Shown piece by piece: positions 32,055 through 42,536 of a stretch of 48,980 nucleotides of DNA (positions are counted from its first letter, which is position 1; every line of letters begins with the position of its first letter). Source of the stretch: Trichomonas gallinae (Eukaryota); assembly GCA_008369845.1 (NCBI GenBank), contig MRSU01001426.1:1-48980 (forward strand). The letters are read 5' to 3'. Below the pieces are notes generated by a model, which searched no databases, was not told the DNA's origin, and saw nothing but the letters and a program-made list of their open reading frames with translations. The translations under genes and the position numbers were made by a program.

Positions 32055-32393
32055 TTATGCAAGCTTTGGAATAAAGTTGCCTCCTCCAAGAGATGATAAG
32101 CCCTTGAGTGAAGATTTGCATAAAAACGAAAACATGCAGGCGTCGCATTGGCGATTGCAGTTTGCGGAAGGATCTGTAGTTGTCTTTACGCCACCTGCAA
32201 TTGTGCTATCACGCTGGGACCATTCATTTCGTACAAAACCGCCCATTGTTCCATTATGAGAATTCTGATTTCCGAAAGTGCTGTTTGGACCTAAATCCAA
32301 GTGGAAGAATGCAGTGTCATCGTCACCATTGACAACGAACTTGCCATCATACTCCTCATCCTGGTCGTCACGCTCAATATCAGTGCGTATCAT
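32055..32393 (-). CDS. Small hypothetical protein with C-x3-C-x2-C-x5-C motif
   Basis: 112-aa ATG ORF forming a GC-richer island between very AT-rich flanks; acidic N-terminus; CNRQCDACMFSFLC. Confidence 0.65.
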   Translation of the reverse strand: MIRTDIERDDQDEEYDGKFVVNGDDDTAFFHLDLGPNSTFGNQNSHNGTMGGFVRNEWSQRDSTIAGGVKTTTDPSANCNRQCDACMFSFLCKSSLKGLSSLGGGNFIPKLA

Positions 32394-33522
32394 TTTTTTA
32401 AAAAAAAATTTGGTTGGTGAAAATTATCGTCATCGTTCTCAATTTTTCCCTATTTTTCTCTATAATATATTTTTATTTTAATTTTTTGATTTTTCAATTT
32501 TTAAGAAAACTCAAACAATTGAATTTTTTTTTCATTTTCATTTTATATTTGTAATTAGTTAGAGAAATGATTTTTGAATTTTAAATGAAATTTAAAAACA
32601 ATGAAAAATTTTAATATTTTTCCCTATCTTATAAATTAATCTATCTATATAATAAGGATGATTTATTTTAAATTTTTGAATTAAAATTTACAATGAAAAA
32701 TTTTGTTGTATTTTTTTTATTAATAAATTTTTTTAGAATTATATATAGTGTTGATCTTAGATTTTGAATCAAATTTTATAAATTGCAAAATTATTTGAAA
32801 AATAGTAATTATATTGTACTATGAGTCATTTTACAAAATTTTGTCGTCTTTTTAAAGATTTTTCTGTGTTGATATCAAAAAGTGGTTATAATTTTTATGC
32901 CTTTTGTTACAGGTTTTTATAACTGCATTTTGAAAGAATAATTCTGCAGCTAGGTTATATACATTATGTTAGTTCTAAAAATGCAAAAATTATCAGTTGT
33001 TGATCGAAGACCTAAAATTTGGGAAATTTCCAAAAAAAGCTTGAACAGTCCCATTTTTATTAATTAATACATTCATTATAATCATGAGCCAATAACAACC
33101 AGCTGTTGATGAGTACGAGAAATGATTTTGAATTTTTTATAAAATTAAATTTTGCTCAACGTTTATATGATTTTGTCTAATAATAGAGCATCATTTGCTT
33201 TATTTATTTCATCAATGATAACTGCTAACTTATCATATAAAATAGTGAAATATTTTTCTTGTTTGCAAATTAAAGGAAATTAAACATACTCACCATAAAA
33301 TTTGACTAATTTTTGTCACAAAAGATGTTTTATAAGAACCAAATAGTTTCACATGCTATATTTAATTAAATTTAATTTTATTTGTTGTATTGACACAAAT
33401 AACTCATCACACATTGTAGTTTTGACCCTGGTATTATGAATTTAAATGACAATTGATGAAAAAACAATTTTTACAAAATAAACTTTATTTTCTATATAAA
33501 AAGAATCAAATAAATAGCTTTA

Positions 33523-34701
33523 TTACTTGAGTTTGAACGGTGCGTTTCCTTCAAGCTCAATATTCTCTATAATGTTGAATTCTGTTGTTTGTACAACTTT
33601 CATTCTTGTTTTCTCAACCCACGTTGCGTTTTCCTTGATTGCATCCTTTAACTGATTCAACTGCTGCGCGTGTGGCATGTATTGCTCCTCTGCGAGCATC
33701 ATTTCTATAGATCTAACGATAGGAGCTGCAATTTCTGGAAATGCGACTCTCTTTCTTAGTCCGAACATGCATTTCTTGAGGAGTAAGATGGATCTGTTGT
33801 ATATTTCGTTCTGGTACTTCTCTGTTCTGCCTATTTCCTTTGAAGAAATATATAAATTTTCAAAATCGAAATCTGCTTCTTCTGCTGTCTTTGTGCTGCG
33901 AGACTTTGACAAAACACGAGCAATTGATGAAAGAGGAGCAAGAAATTCATCATGATCAACAAGAATTTTGATTAATTTAAGACGTAATGGATTTAACTTC
34001 AAAGATTTAGTGCGCAATGCATGAACAATTATTGTAATATAAGCTTCTGTAAAACCTTCAGCTTTAAATGCGAAATTTGACCAAAGATGGATTCTATTGA
34101 AGAAAGAACGATTTCCTATCTTTTCGTCTGCATCCTCTGAGAAAACATTTGTCAATTCGATGAAACTTGCCTTCATAAGTGATAAAACTTTAAACATCGT
34201 AATTTGCGGGTCAAATTCAATGAAACGAACGAATGCTTCTTCGATTTCATGGAAGTTATCTTGTTCTATGTTGCGAATAAGCTGTGCGTATAAAAGATGG
34301 ATGACATAATCATAAAATGTTGGATCATTTTGTGCAGCGTGTGAGCAAATGAATAATTCCAAGTCAATAACACGCTGGCTGTGTTTAAGAATGTAACCAG
34401 CAATGATTTCGGCGAATAATTGAGAAAATGAAGATAAATCTTTGCGTTTGAAAATTTCTGCGAATGGTTTGAAAATTTTGTTATTCTCGAATCCAGCGAG
34501 GATAAATCCTTCAATTTCTTTTTCATAATCGGAAAAATTGTTAGGATTTACTGTTGATGCAATGATTACAGCCAATTTTTCAAGTAATTCTGGCTTTCCG
34601 TCAATAGAGGCACCAACAATGAGAGGAATGACAGAGAAGTCTCCCTTCTTGCAGTCCTCAAAAGCCTCGTTAAGCTCTTGTTCTGTGATTTCTTCACTCA
34701 T
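33523..34701 (-). CDS. NOC2: Noc2-family nucleolar complex protein (divergent)
   Basis: IHLWSNF, LNPLRLKLIKIL, DFDFENLY...YQNEI, VAFPEIAAPIV, IKENATWVEKTR match the Noc2 C-terminal half; likely start MSEEITEQ at 34701 (track start 34785). Confidence 0.75.
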   Translation of the reverse strand: MSEEITEQELNEAFEDCKKGDFSVIPLIVGASIDGKPELLEKLAVIIASTVNPNNFSDYEKEIEGFILAGFENNKIFKPFAEIFKRKDLSSFSQLFAEIIAGYILKHSQRVIDLELFICSHAAQNDPTFYDYVIHLLYAQLIRNIEQDNFHEIEEAFVRFIEFDPQITMFKVLSLMKASFIELTNVFSEDADEKIGNRSFFNRIHLWSNFAFKAEGFTEAYITIIVHALRTKSLKLNPLRLKLIKILVDHDEFLAPLSSIARVLSKSRSTKTAEEADFDFENLYISSKEIGRTEKYQNEIYNRSILLLKKCMFGLRKRVAFPEIAAPIVRSIEMMLAEEQYMPHAQQLNQLKDAIKENATWVEKTRMKVVQTTEFNIIENIELEGNAPFKLK

Positions 34702-35223
34702 CCTTCTGAAAACCAGCCACACTTGTTCAATTTTATTTTTGTCTCCTTTTTCATTTAGCCTTTTTGACCTCAAAATATGCATCATTTATTGATAATACAT
34801 CTAATAAACATGAAATTTTGGAAAAATAATTTTGTATTTTTTAATTTTTTTAATATTGCTTATATAGATTTGACAGCTTGAGAATATAATATACTTCTTG
34901 AACATATTATTATACTATGTTTCTCTTAGGAAAATAAATTAAATTATTTTTGTATTTTCAAAATTGCATAAATAGAGCTAATAACTTAAAAATATAATAT
35001 CCTTCTGGAATATGTTATTAGGATATGTTTCTTTTTGGAATATTTATGATTTGTTATTTCTTTATGATTTGTTATTTTTTTTTTCCTCCATTTCATGTAA
35101 CTAAATATTTATATAAAAACAAACAAATATAGTTGAGAATTGTCCAGCTGAAAAACAATAATAAGAAATAAAATAATAATTATTTGAAATTCCATTTTTT
35201 CCAAACAAAATAAAACTCTATTT

Positions 35224-36288
35224 TTATTGGTGTATTGCACCCTCTGATGCCACTTTCTTTCTGCGTCCTGCTCTCTTTTTCGTTGCCGCTTGCAAATTTT
35301 TCAAGTCATAGAGGTTCTTGTTTAAGTAGTAAAACTCTATGCATTCCTTAACAGACTTATCCGGAATCTTTGCTGCAATTTTCGCGAAATCCTTTGGGTG
35401 CGCGCACCACTGCTCCAAAAATATTTCTTTTTCTTCCGTCGACCATTCCACTCTGTGCTTGTAAGTGGTATGTTCTCCACTTGGATCATCGACAAGCCTT
35501 GCCTCGCTCCACAGCTTGTACGCCTCCTTGTCAGCTGGGTTGATATACATGGGATAATCTGGTGCGGCAAATTGTATGTATTGCTCATCCTTGGCGTTCT
35601 TAGTAATATCCGTTGGCATATCATCCGGCCACATTAAAACTGCTGTAGATTCCAAAGCGTCAATCGCATCGCACTGCATGTTCCACGCATCCCTGATATA
35701 GTCATATTGCTCCGCAAGTGCTTCTTCTTTTTCTTTTTCAATTGCTTTTGTGTAAAAAACTGAGCTAAATAAAAGTGGCAATAAATTATCATGATTTTTC
35801 AAATCCTGGATCGCATATGGCGCGTGTGATGAGAATAGCATCTTTTGATGCATATCTACAGAGGCTTCCTTTTCCGCTAGTTTCGCATTCTGTCTGTTCT
35901 GTTTTATCACTGAATCAACTAAATTCATATTTAACACAAAACCGCTTATATCTGTTATACCTAATGAATCGGGCTGATTTTCTACTGGTGACACTGTTCC
36001 TACAGTTTGAGATGCTTGACGAAGAGTTGATAAGTCTATTTGGCACGCTTTTATCTGTTCTTCGATTTCATTTTTTAATTCAAGGACTTCATCTTTTTTT
36101 GGAAGTGAAGGATAAGTGCAAGCTGGTACTACCTGATTTGATACAGGTTTTGCCTCTTTCCAGCTATGCCCTGAATTATTTTGTTTATAAAAATCTCTCG
36201 GCGCGCGTGGAAGCTGTTGATATGATCTGTTTATTGGAGGCTGATATCGCTTGGGACCATCTTCACTCCTATATTGACCCGGCCGCAT
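35224..36288 (-). CDS. SANT/Myb-domain protein (NCoR/Snt1-like)
   Basis: EWSTEEKEIFLEQWCAHPKDFAKIAAKIPDKSVKECIEFYYLNK; coiled coil and basic C-terminus; track start 36318 is TTG, first ATG is 36288. Confidence 0.88.
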   Translation of the reverse strand: MRPGQYRSEDGPKRYQPPINRSYQQLPRAPRDFYKQNNSGHSWKEAKPVSNQVVPACTYPSLPKKDEVLELKNEIEEQIKACQIDLSTLRQASQTVGTVSPVENQPDSLGITDISGFVLNMNLVDSVIKQNRQNAKLAEKEASVDMHQKMLFSSHAPYAIQDLKNHDNLLPLLFSSVFYTKAIEKEKEEALAEQYDYIRDAWNMQCDAIDALESTAVLMWPDDMPTDITKNAKDEQYIQFAAPDYPMYINPADKEAYKLWSEARLVDDPSGEHTTYKHRVEWSTEEKEIFLEQWCAHPKDFAKIAAKIPDKSVKECIEFYYLNKNLYDLKNLQAATKKRAGRRKKVASEGAIHQ

Positions 36289-36843
36289 GGAAAAATGCTG
36301 AAAATGGTTTTGCTCCAATTGTCACTTTTGATAAAATGTAATAAATTTTCAAAAATCAAAAATTCTTGCATATTCTATGATAATTTTAAAAATAATAACG
36401 AAATACTAAGTTTTTTAAAAAAACAAATTAATATCTCATGAAACAAAAATGGAATGAAATAATATAGCATTTACCAATACACTCAAAACATGATTTTAAA
36501 TATATTATATCTGAGTTACAAATGTTATAACAGTTAATTCAAAAAAATGAAATAATTTTTAATGAAATTGAGCAAAACAAAACGATTTTATTTAATTGTT
36601 TTTTTCATGAATGAAAATTCTAAATTCTGACGTGTAAAATGATTCTGTCAAAGATGATGCTTTACATGACAAATAGATTTCATATTACAGGATATCTTTT
36701 TGTTCTTGTTACAATAAAGCTAAGTTTATTTCATAAAAAACCACTTCTAGGTTTAGAACCTATTCCATATATATCATGAAGGCATATTGTATGAAACAGT
36801 TTTGCAATAAAATGGAGTAATGACAAAACAAACAAATAATTTT

Positions 36844-38304
36844 TTATTTGAAGATGAATCTCCATAATACAATTAAGAACAAAACAATGTTGAGGATAAA
36901 CATCAGTCTGTTTCCTCTGTGTATATCCATGATTCTGTCTCTCAGCTTTCCGAAGTTGTCGGAAATGGCCTGATGTTCATCCATGACGTCATCGAGGTAT
37001 CGACCTGACCTTTCGATTGTATTTGAAAGCTCTCCATTGATCTCCTCAATCTCATTGAGCTGCTTTTTAACTGAGATGATCCTCCCAGATACTGCTTCGC
37101 ATCTGGTGGCCGCGTCATCAATTCTCTTAAGATGCCTGTCGACTGAGAGCTCAGCTTCTCTGACGAGCCATGCCGGACCTTCTGAATGCGTTTTGACTGT
37201 CGAAAGCGCGTCGTTGAAGGCCTGCTCGAGTGCATTTACGCTTGGGTCTGCGTACATTGTCGTTATTCGCTTGAATCCAGCCCTGAAGTTCAGCGAAGAA
37301 GCAAAACTTTGGTTCATTCCGCAGAATTTACACAAAACTGTGAAATTGCAGGAAGCTGGCGTTATGCGGTTGATAATATGCCTGAGAGTAAACATATCGC
37401 ACGCTCCTACTGGAATTCCGCACATCTTTTGGAAATTTTTAATTCCATTAATCAAGCCTTCATTGGAATTGAGGCCTGTCTGAGGAATATTTAGTCTAGA
37501 AAGAGTTGTTCGTATGAAATTAATTGTGTCCATGAGAGAATGATACATTTCTGCTGAAATTATTTCTTTTGGTAAATTCGAATCTGGAAAACAGACCTTG
37601 CGGCAGTTATTTATCATCCACTTCATTTCTGATATTGCAAATAATCTTTGTGACTCATTAGGTGATACGTTAATCGCTGATAAAGCCTGAATTGCATCTA
37701 ATGATTGTTTTTCTGCAGACGATGTAGGAAAATCGAAGCCAAAAAAGCGGAATGCGAAGCAAAGGTTCTTAAATATCATCTGCAATGCTGCTGAGAGTGG
37801 AGGATGTAAATTATATTTTTCGAAAAATTTTTCTGATAATTTTGAGAAATGTTGCTGCTCGGAAAATACAGATTGAGATATAGTAGGAATAATATTCAGT
37901 CTATAGAAGGCCGCAAGGGTATGGTATCGAAATTCATTAGTTATCCATTGATTGTTTAATACCTGTACGCATGGACTAGTCGCATCGAATTGCAAGAATC
38001 TGTCTCCTGGGATATAGAATGTAGATCTGTTGTCGATCGATGTTAATTCAAAAATTGTTGGTATAGGAAAAGTAAATGGATACTGGCATATAGTTCTGTA
38101 GAGTTCGGATGAATATCCATTCGTTTTTGTTAAAACAACTGTCATTGGTGCCGTAATTCGGTCTAATGAATCAACAATTGCCCATAAAGTACAATTTGGA
38201 ATAGTAACAGTTGTTGATTCAGCAAAAGAAACATCTTTTGCAAAGTAATATTTATTGTCTGGATTGTATTCTGGAAGATAAAGTTCATATGATTGAACAG
38301 TCAT
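36844..38304 (-). CDS. Hypothetical tail-anchored protein with PGBD-like motif and C-terminal coiled coil (possibly STB6-like)
   Basis: GIKNFQKMCGIPVGACDMFTLRHI; ~90-aa coiled coil; C-terminal TM LMFILNIVLFLIVLWRFIFK. Confidence 0.75.
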   Translation of the reverse strand: MTVQSYELYLPEYNPDNKYYFAKDVSFAESTTVTIPNCTLWAIVDSLDRITAPMTVVLTKTNGYSSELYRTICQYPFTFPIPTIFELTSIDNRSTFYIPGDRFLQFDATSPCVQVLNNQWITNEFRYHTLAAFYRLNIIPTISQSVFSEQQHFSKLSEKFFEKYNLHPPLSAALQMIFKNLCFAFRFFGFDFPTSSAEKQSLDAIQALSAINVSPNESQRLFAISEMKWMINNCRKVCFPDSNLPKEIISAEMYHSLMDTINFIRTTLSRLNIPQTGLNSNEGLINGIKNFQKMCGIPVGACDMFTLRHIINRITPASCNFTVLCKFCGMNQSFASSLNFRAGFKRITTMYADPSVNALEQAFNDALSTVKTHSEGPAWLVREAELSVDRHLKRIDDAATRCEAVSGRIISVKKQLNEIEEINGELSNTIERSGRYLDDVMDEHQAISDNFGKLRDRIMDIHRGNRLMFILNIVLFLIVLWRFIFK

Positions 38305-38912
38305 TTTTTGCTGAATTAAATTGAAGAATCATATATAAAACATGCAATAATTCAATTATTTGTTGTTTATTTGTTTGGTTGAGTTTTTGATGATTACTTT
38401 ACACGACAAAATATATTTTACGTGTCAAATCAATAAAGCAGTCTGAATGCACAACCATTAAAATGTTTTATAGGAGCTCATAATTTGCAAATAGTCATGA
38501 TAAACACTAAAGAATCATCTATTAGGATTTCAATGTTAATTTAGAAATTCGATAGAAAATATCTTATAGTATAGAGTAAGAAAATGCTATTTTTACTCTG
38601 AAATAATGGTGTAAGACAGGTTCACAACGAAAATTTTTGGTCAATTCTGAAAATGTAAAGTGTCAAAAATTTGTATAAAATTGCCATGTAAACAGTGGAA
38701 TTTTGTTGACATTGTCATGTAAAGTTAAATGTTACTATTGATCAATTAAATTGTGGAGCAAGCATAGTACAATGGTAGGTTTTGCCTGATGAACTCCAAT
38801 ATGAAAGATGTTCTTTTGTATTTCGGTTGAACAACAAGCCCCTGTTTTAGTTTGTCATACCCTATGTTTAAAATTGCCGGGTTACATTGATAAGTTTACA
38901 AAATTTGTATCG

Positions 38913-40118
38913 ATGTTGAGTTCTGAGAAAACAAAGGAACTCATATCGATTATAACAAATTCAACAGAGTCATTATCGAATCTATACAACACCTTTAAAA
39001 CATCCATGGATGTAAAAAACACAGTTATCTCTCTTAAATATCTATCGATTTTATTGGCTGATGGAGTTTTAGATCACAAACAGCAAATTGTCACAGTATG
39101 GATTATATACAAATCATTTGAAACAGAAAATTTCGACGAACATCCATTCCGAGCATTATTTGCGTCAATATATGACGTTCACTCCGACAAGAAACCAAAT
39201 ACATACAGCCCCGAGCTTTATGACCTCCTGGGTTGCATGATTTCAAACGCAAATGTAGATGAAATTGGAGAATACAGTGTTATTCAAATCCTCAATTCGA
39301 ATTTCCCACTGAATGCACCTGATAGATCAGAAGTTCAGATCGGAAAGTATAACTATACTCGAATTTCTCCACTTATTATCGATCAAACTGGCTCAGAGGA
39401 GTCAAAAATCTCACAAGTTGATGTATTGGCCGAGTTAATGCAAAATATCACTTACTGTACAGACTTTGATCCACCATACATCCGTCCGGAACCCGAACTC
39501 TCTCCAATTTTCGAACACGAGCTTGAACAAACTTTTATTTTATCAGATTCCGAACCAATTATGCTTTTCGATGAAAATCACTCCGCTGAATCAACAAATG
39601 TAGCAAGAAAACTACTCGCACGTGCATCAAAGTCGCCGCTTTCAGGCACAGAAACTAAAAACTTATGTAACCACATATCTTCCGACCCGTTGATCCTCGA
39701 CGATTTTATCGATGAAAAGAGCATAATCGAGATACTGGACATGAATCCGAGAATTATTGAGATGGCAATCAAGACAAATGCGCCAAAATATTCACAATAC
39801 ATAGATTCTATACTAAAAGTGCCTCTATCGGATGCCACGACAGACGTGATGCAGGTCATTATACTATCATCAGCAGACAGACTAACTTCTCTACGTGCAA
39901 TGTGCAATTCAAATATAGCTGCTATTAGATCGGCTCGAGACAATCCGGGAGCGCAAAAGATTGCAAGGCCGTTCTGTAAATTGCTCACGGATCTCATCAA
40001 AGATGGTATTAAATTGGATGGAACTCTAACAATGACAATTCTTTCATTTTGTGATGATATGCGTAAGCGAAACATCAAAGAAGCTGGAGCTCTTCAGCAA
40101 ATCCTCAAAACAGACTAG
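38913..40118 (+). CDS. CNOT11: CCR4-NOT complex subunit 11-like protein
   Basis: LDHKQQIVTVWIIYKSF...EHPFRALF, FDPPYIRPEPEL, ILDMNPRI, ARPFCKLLTDLIK, FCDDMRKRNIKEAGALQQIL follow the CNOT11 pattern; likely start MLSSEK at 38913 (track start 38808). Confidence 0.78.
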   Translation: MLSSEKTKELISIITNSTESLSNLYNTFKTSMDVKNTVISLKYLSILLADGVLDHKQQIVTVWIIYKSFETENFDEHPFRALFASIYDVHSDKKPNTYSPELYDLLGCMISNANVDEIGEYSVIQILNSNFPLNAPDRSEVQIGKYNYTRISPLIIDQTGSEESKISQVDVLAELMQNITYCTDFDPPYIRPEPELSPIFEHELEQTFILSDSEPIMLFDENHSAESTNVARKLLARASKSPLSGTETKNLCNHISSDPLILDDFIDEKSIIEILDMNPRIIEMAIKTNAPKYSQYIDSILKVPLSDATTDVMQVIILSSADRLTSLRAMCNSNIAAIRSARDNPGAQKIARPFCKLLTDLIKDGIKLDGTLTMTILSFCDDMRKRNIKEAGALQQILKTD

Positions 40119-40522
40119 AAATTATAGATGGTTTTTTTATATTATATTATTGCTTGAATTTTAATATTTTTGGATAAACTTTACCTTTATATTTTGTACT
40201 AAAATTCCCCATCACTTCCTTTTTTAACTTAAAAATAATTAGAAATCTAAAAATATTACCGAAAATTCATCTAATTTGGTATTTAAGCTCAGTATCATAT
40301 AACAAATCTAAAACCAACTTTATTTTATTATTTGAAATTTTATTAATCACTTTTATTTAATGAAAAAACAAATATTTTAAAGAAATAATATAGAAAATTT
40401 GAAAAATTCAAAAATGCGAAAACTCAAAAATAACGTGAAATTTGGATTATATATGGTATAAAAATGTTATTATTAACAATCAAAACGAAATTTGGTTTTT
40501 ATTTCATATCACATGTCATTAT

Positions 40523-41839
40523 ATGTTTCCGATTTTTTTCAGCTTTTCATTATCTGTGATTCCATTCAACCTAAATGGAAGCCAGCCACAGCTTCGTCCT
40601 CATGAGACGATTTATTATTTCCCGTGGAAATATGATGCTTGTTATATATATTGGGACAAAATACCGATATTCGATTTCGAAACGAAGTTAACGTATAAGC
40701 AAGAAACAGAACCGGTCAGAGTCGTCTACTCACCAAATACACTCATTCCAAAACCGTCAGATGCTGAATATTCCACTTATTCTCAACCACAAGGTAATCC
40801 AAAGGCCAATCTATGGATTTGCTCAAAGACACAAAAGAAATGCTTGCCAATAGGATACACCGATGCTGAAAAAACAAAAATTCAAATGATTGGAATACCA
40901 TCGAATACTCCACACACACAGGTTGAAATTCAACTTGCTGGAATCGGTTCATACACTTCCATTATACAAGCAGAAGTCTCTGATCACGCAGAATATCCTG
41001 ATATCATTATATTAGACGAAAATAATTTCAGATTCCATATCTACACGCCTGGATTCTCTTTTAAGTACGACTTGATACCAGAGATGCCTCAAATCGACCC
41101 TAAAATGCAGAAAAAGAACTACTCTATGGATGAAACAATTGCTTATGAAATTTCATCAGCGCAAACATATATTAATTTCTCATTCATGGATTTCCCAGCA
41201 ATTACCACAGACAAAGGCGTCAAAGGACAGTTCACAACTAATTATCCTGCAATAATTTATTTAGATTTAGCAAAGCACATTCCTTGTCCATCAGATTACG
41301 ACTGCACAAAGTTTGAACGGACAGAAGCCAATATTTGGAAGTGCTGGACATCATTATACAATGAAAAGATTTGTTATCCGCTTGCTGACATTGATTACGG
41401 CTTTGAGTTCGCTACAAACAGACTATATATCAACAGCAGTATCTCTCCGAAAAGTGCAGTTAGATTCCAGTTCAAATGCGACACAAGAACACAATTTAAT
41501 CCAATATTTTTGCAGAAAGAAGCGAAAACAGATGTACACATATTCGAATTTAGCACCTCATTCGTCTGCCAGAAGCCAATACCAGAAACAGTAGTAGTCA
41601 AGCAATACACAATTGGTGCATTATTTATTTTATCTGTTTGGATTTTCATTGTTTTATTTGTATGTATTGGCATTGTTATCAATTATATCGTTAATTCCGA
41701 TATCAACCTTCCTTTGCCATTCATTTGGTCTGCAATCGGGTTCTACATTGTTGATGGATGGGATAAGATAACATGCTCAAGCAGAACACGTCTTGTTGAG
41801 GAAGTAAGCCACACACCCGCAACATACGCAACAATCTGA
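40523..41839 (+). CDS. Type I membrane protein with MRH-like luminal domain (ATG27 / cation-dependent MPR-like)
   Basis: Signal peptide MFPIFFSFSLS after Inr TCATT; VRFQFKCD...IFEFSTSFVC; TM; LPLPFIWSAIGFYIVDG; terminal YATI (Yxx-hydrophobic); track start is TTG. Confidence 0.7.
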   Translation: MFPIFFSFSLSVIPFNLNGSQPQLRPHETIYYFPWKYDACYIYWDKIPIFDFETKLTYKQETEPVRVVYSPNTLIPKPSDAEYSTYSQPQGNPKANLWICSKTQKKCLPIGYTDAEKTKIQMIGIPSNTPHTQVEIQLAGIGSYTSIIQAEVSDHAEYPDIIILDENNFRFHIYTPGFSFKYDLIPEMPQIDPKMQKKNYSMDETIAYEISSAQTYINFSFMDFPAITTDKGVKGQFTTNYPAIIYLDLAKHIPCPSDYDCTKFERTEANIWKCWTSLYNEKICYPLADIDYGFEFATNRLYINSSISPKSAVRFQFKCDTRTQFNPIFLQKEAKTDVHIFEFSTSFVCQKPIPETVVVKQYTIGALFILSVWIFIVLFVCIGIVINYIVNSDINLPLPFIWSAIGFYIVDGWDKITCSSRTRLVEEVSHTPATYATI

Positions 41840-42536
41840 TCATTGTTTTTTTTATTTTGTTAATTAAAATTATATTTTGTTTTTAATTTATCATCATCAT
41901 TACTATATAAAAGGGGACTTTTATAAAACATAATTATACAATAAAAACATCAAAACACACTAATTTAAATGTTAATGACAAAAAACTTCCTGACTGATGC
42001 ATATTCAAGGAGATTGATATAAACAAATAATTCTTCTGCGTGCATGTTTGCTTTCATGTGCATTAATAAGTATATTATCATGAATATCAAATAATTCAGT
42101 TTTAATCTTTTCTTTTTTAGTATACTTCTATTATTAACCTGGTAGATTTTTGACAAATGTCAGAAATTTGGTGTTTGCACCTTTTCATAACCATTCTAAC
42201 ACAAGTGCAAAAAAACTCAAAAAATGAAAATTGTGTTTAATGTGTTAATATCAAATTTTTCATGACCTAAAAGGCATATACCTTACTAAACCTCTTAGTT
42301 CTCATTAATTTGATTCGAAAATATTTCATTTGCGTTTTAAGCTGATTCTGTTATACTATCAACGTCATTTATCATTAAGCTCATATTGATAACGTCAGCA
42401 AGTTAATTGGCTTTGTATTTATACTTGGCCATACTAAATATTGATTTTTTCGAAGAAATTACGTCATAAATATATTATAGTAATGGAAAGACAGCTAATT
42501 TTTCGTCTAAAATTTGATTTTGAGTTAAAATTTTCG

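Noticed and set aside
35775..36341. 188-aa plus-strand ORF, and similar shadows at 36983-37483, 39578-40078, 43832-44281, 48431-48871 and 19905-20165
   Set aside because: Antisense to well-supported genes with no motifs of their own; explained by codon bias of the real gene
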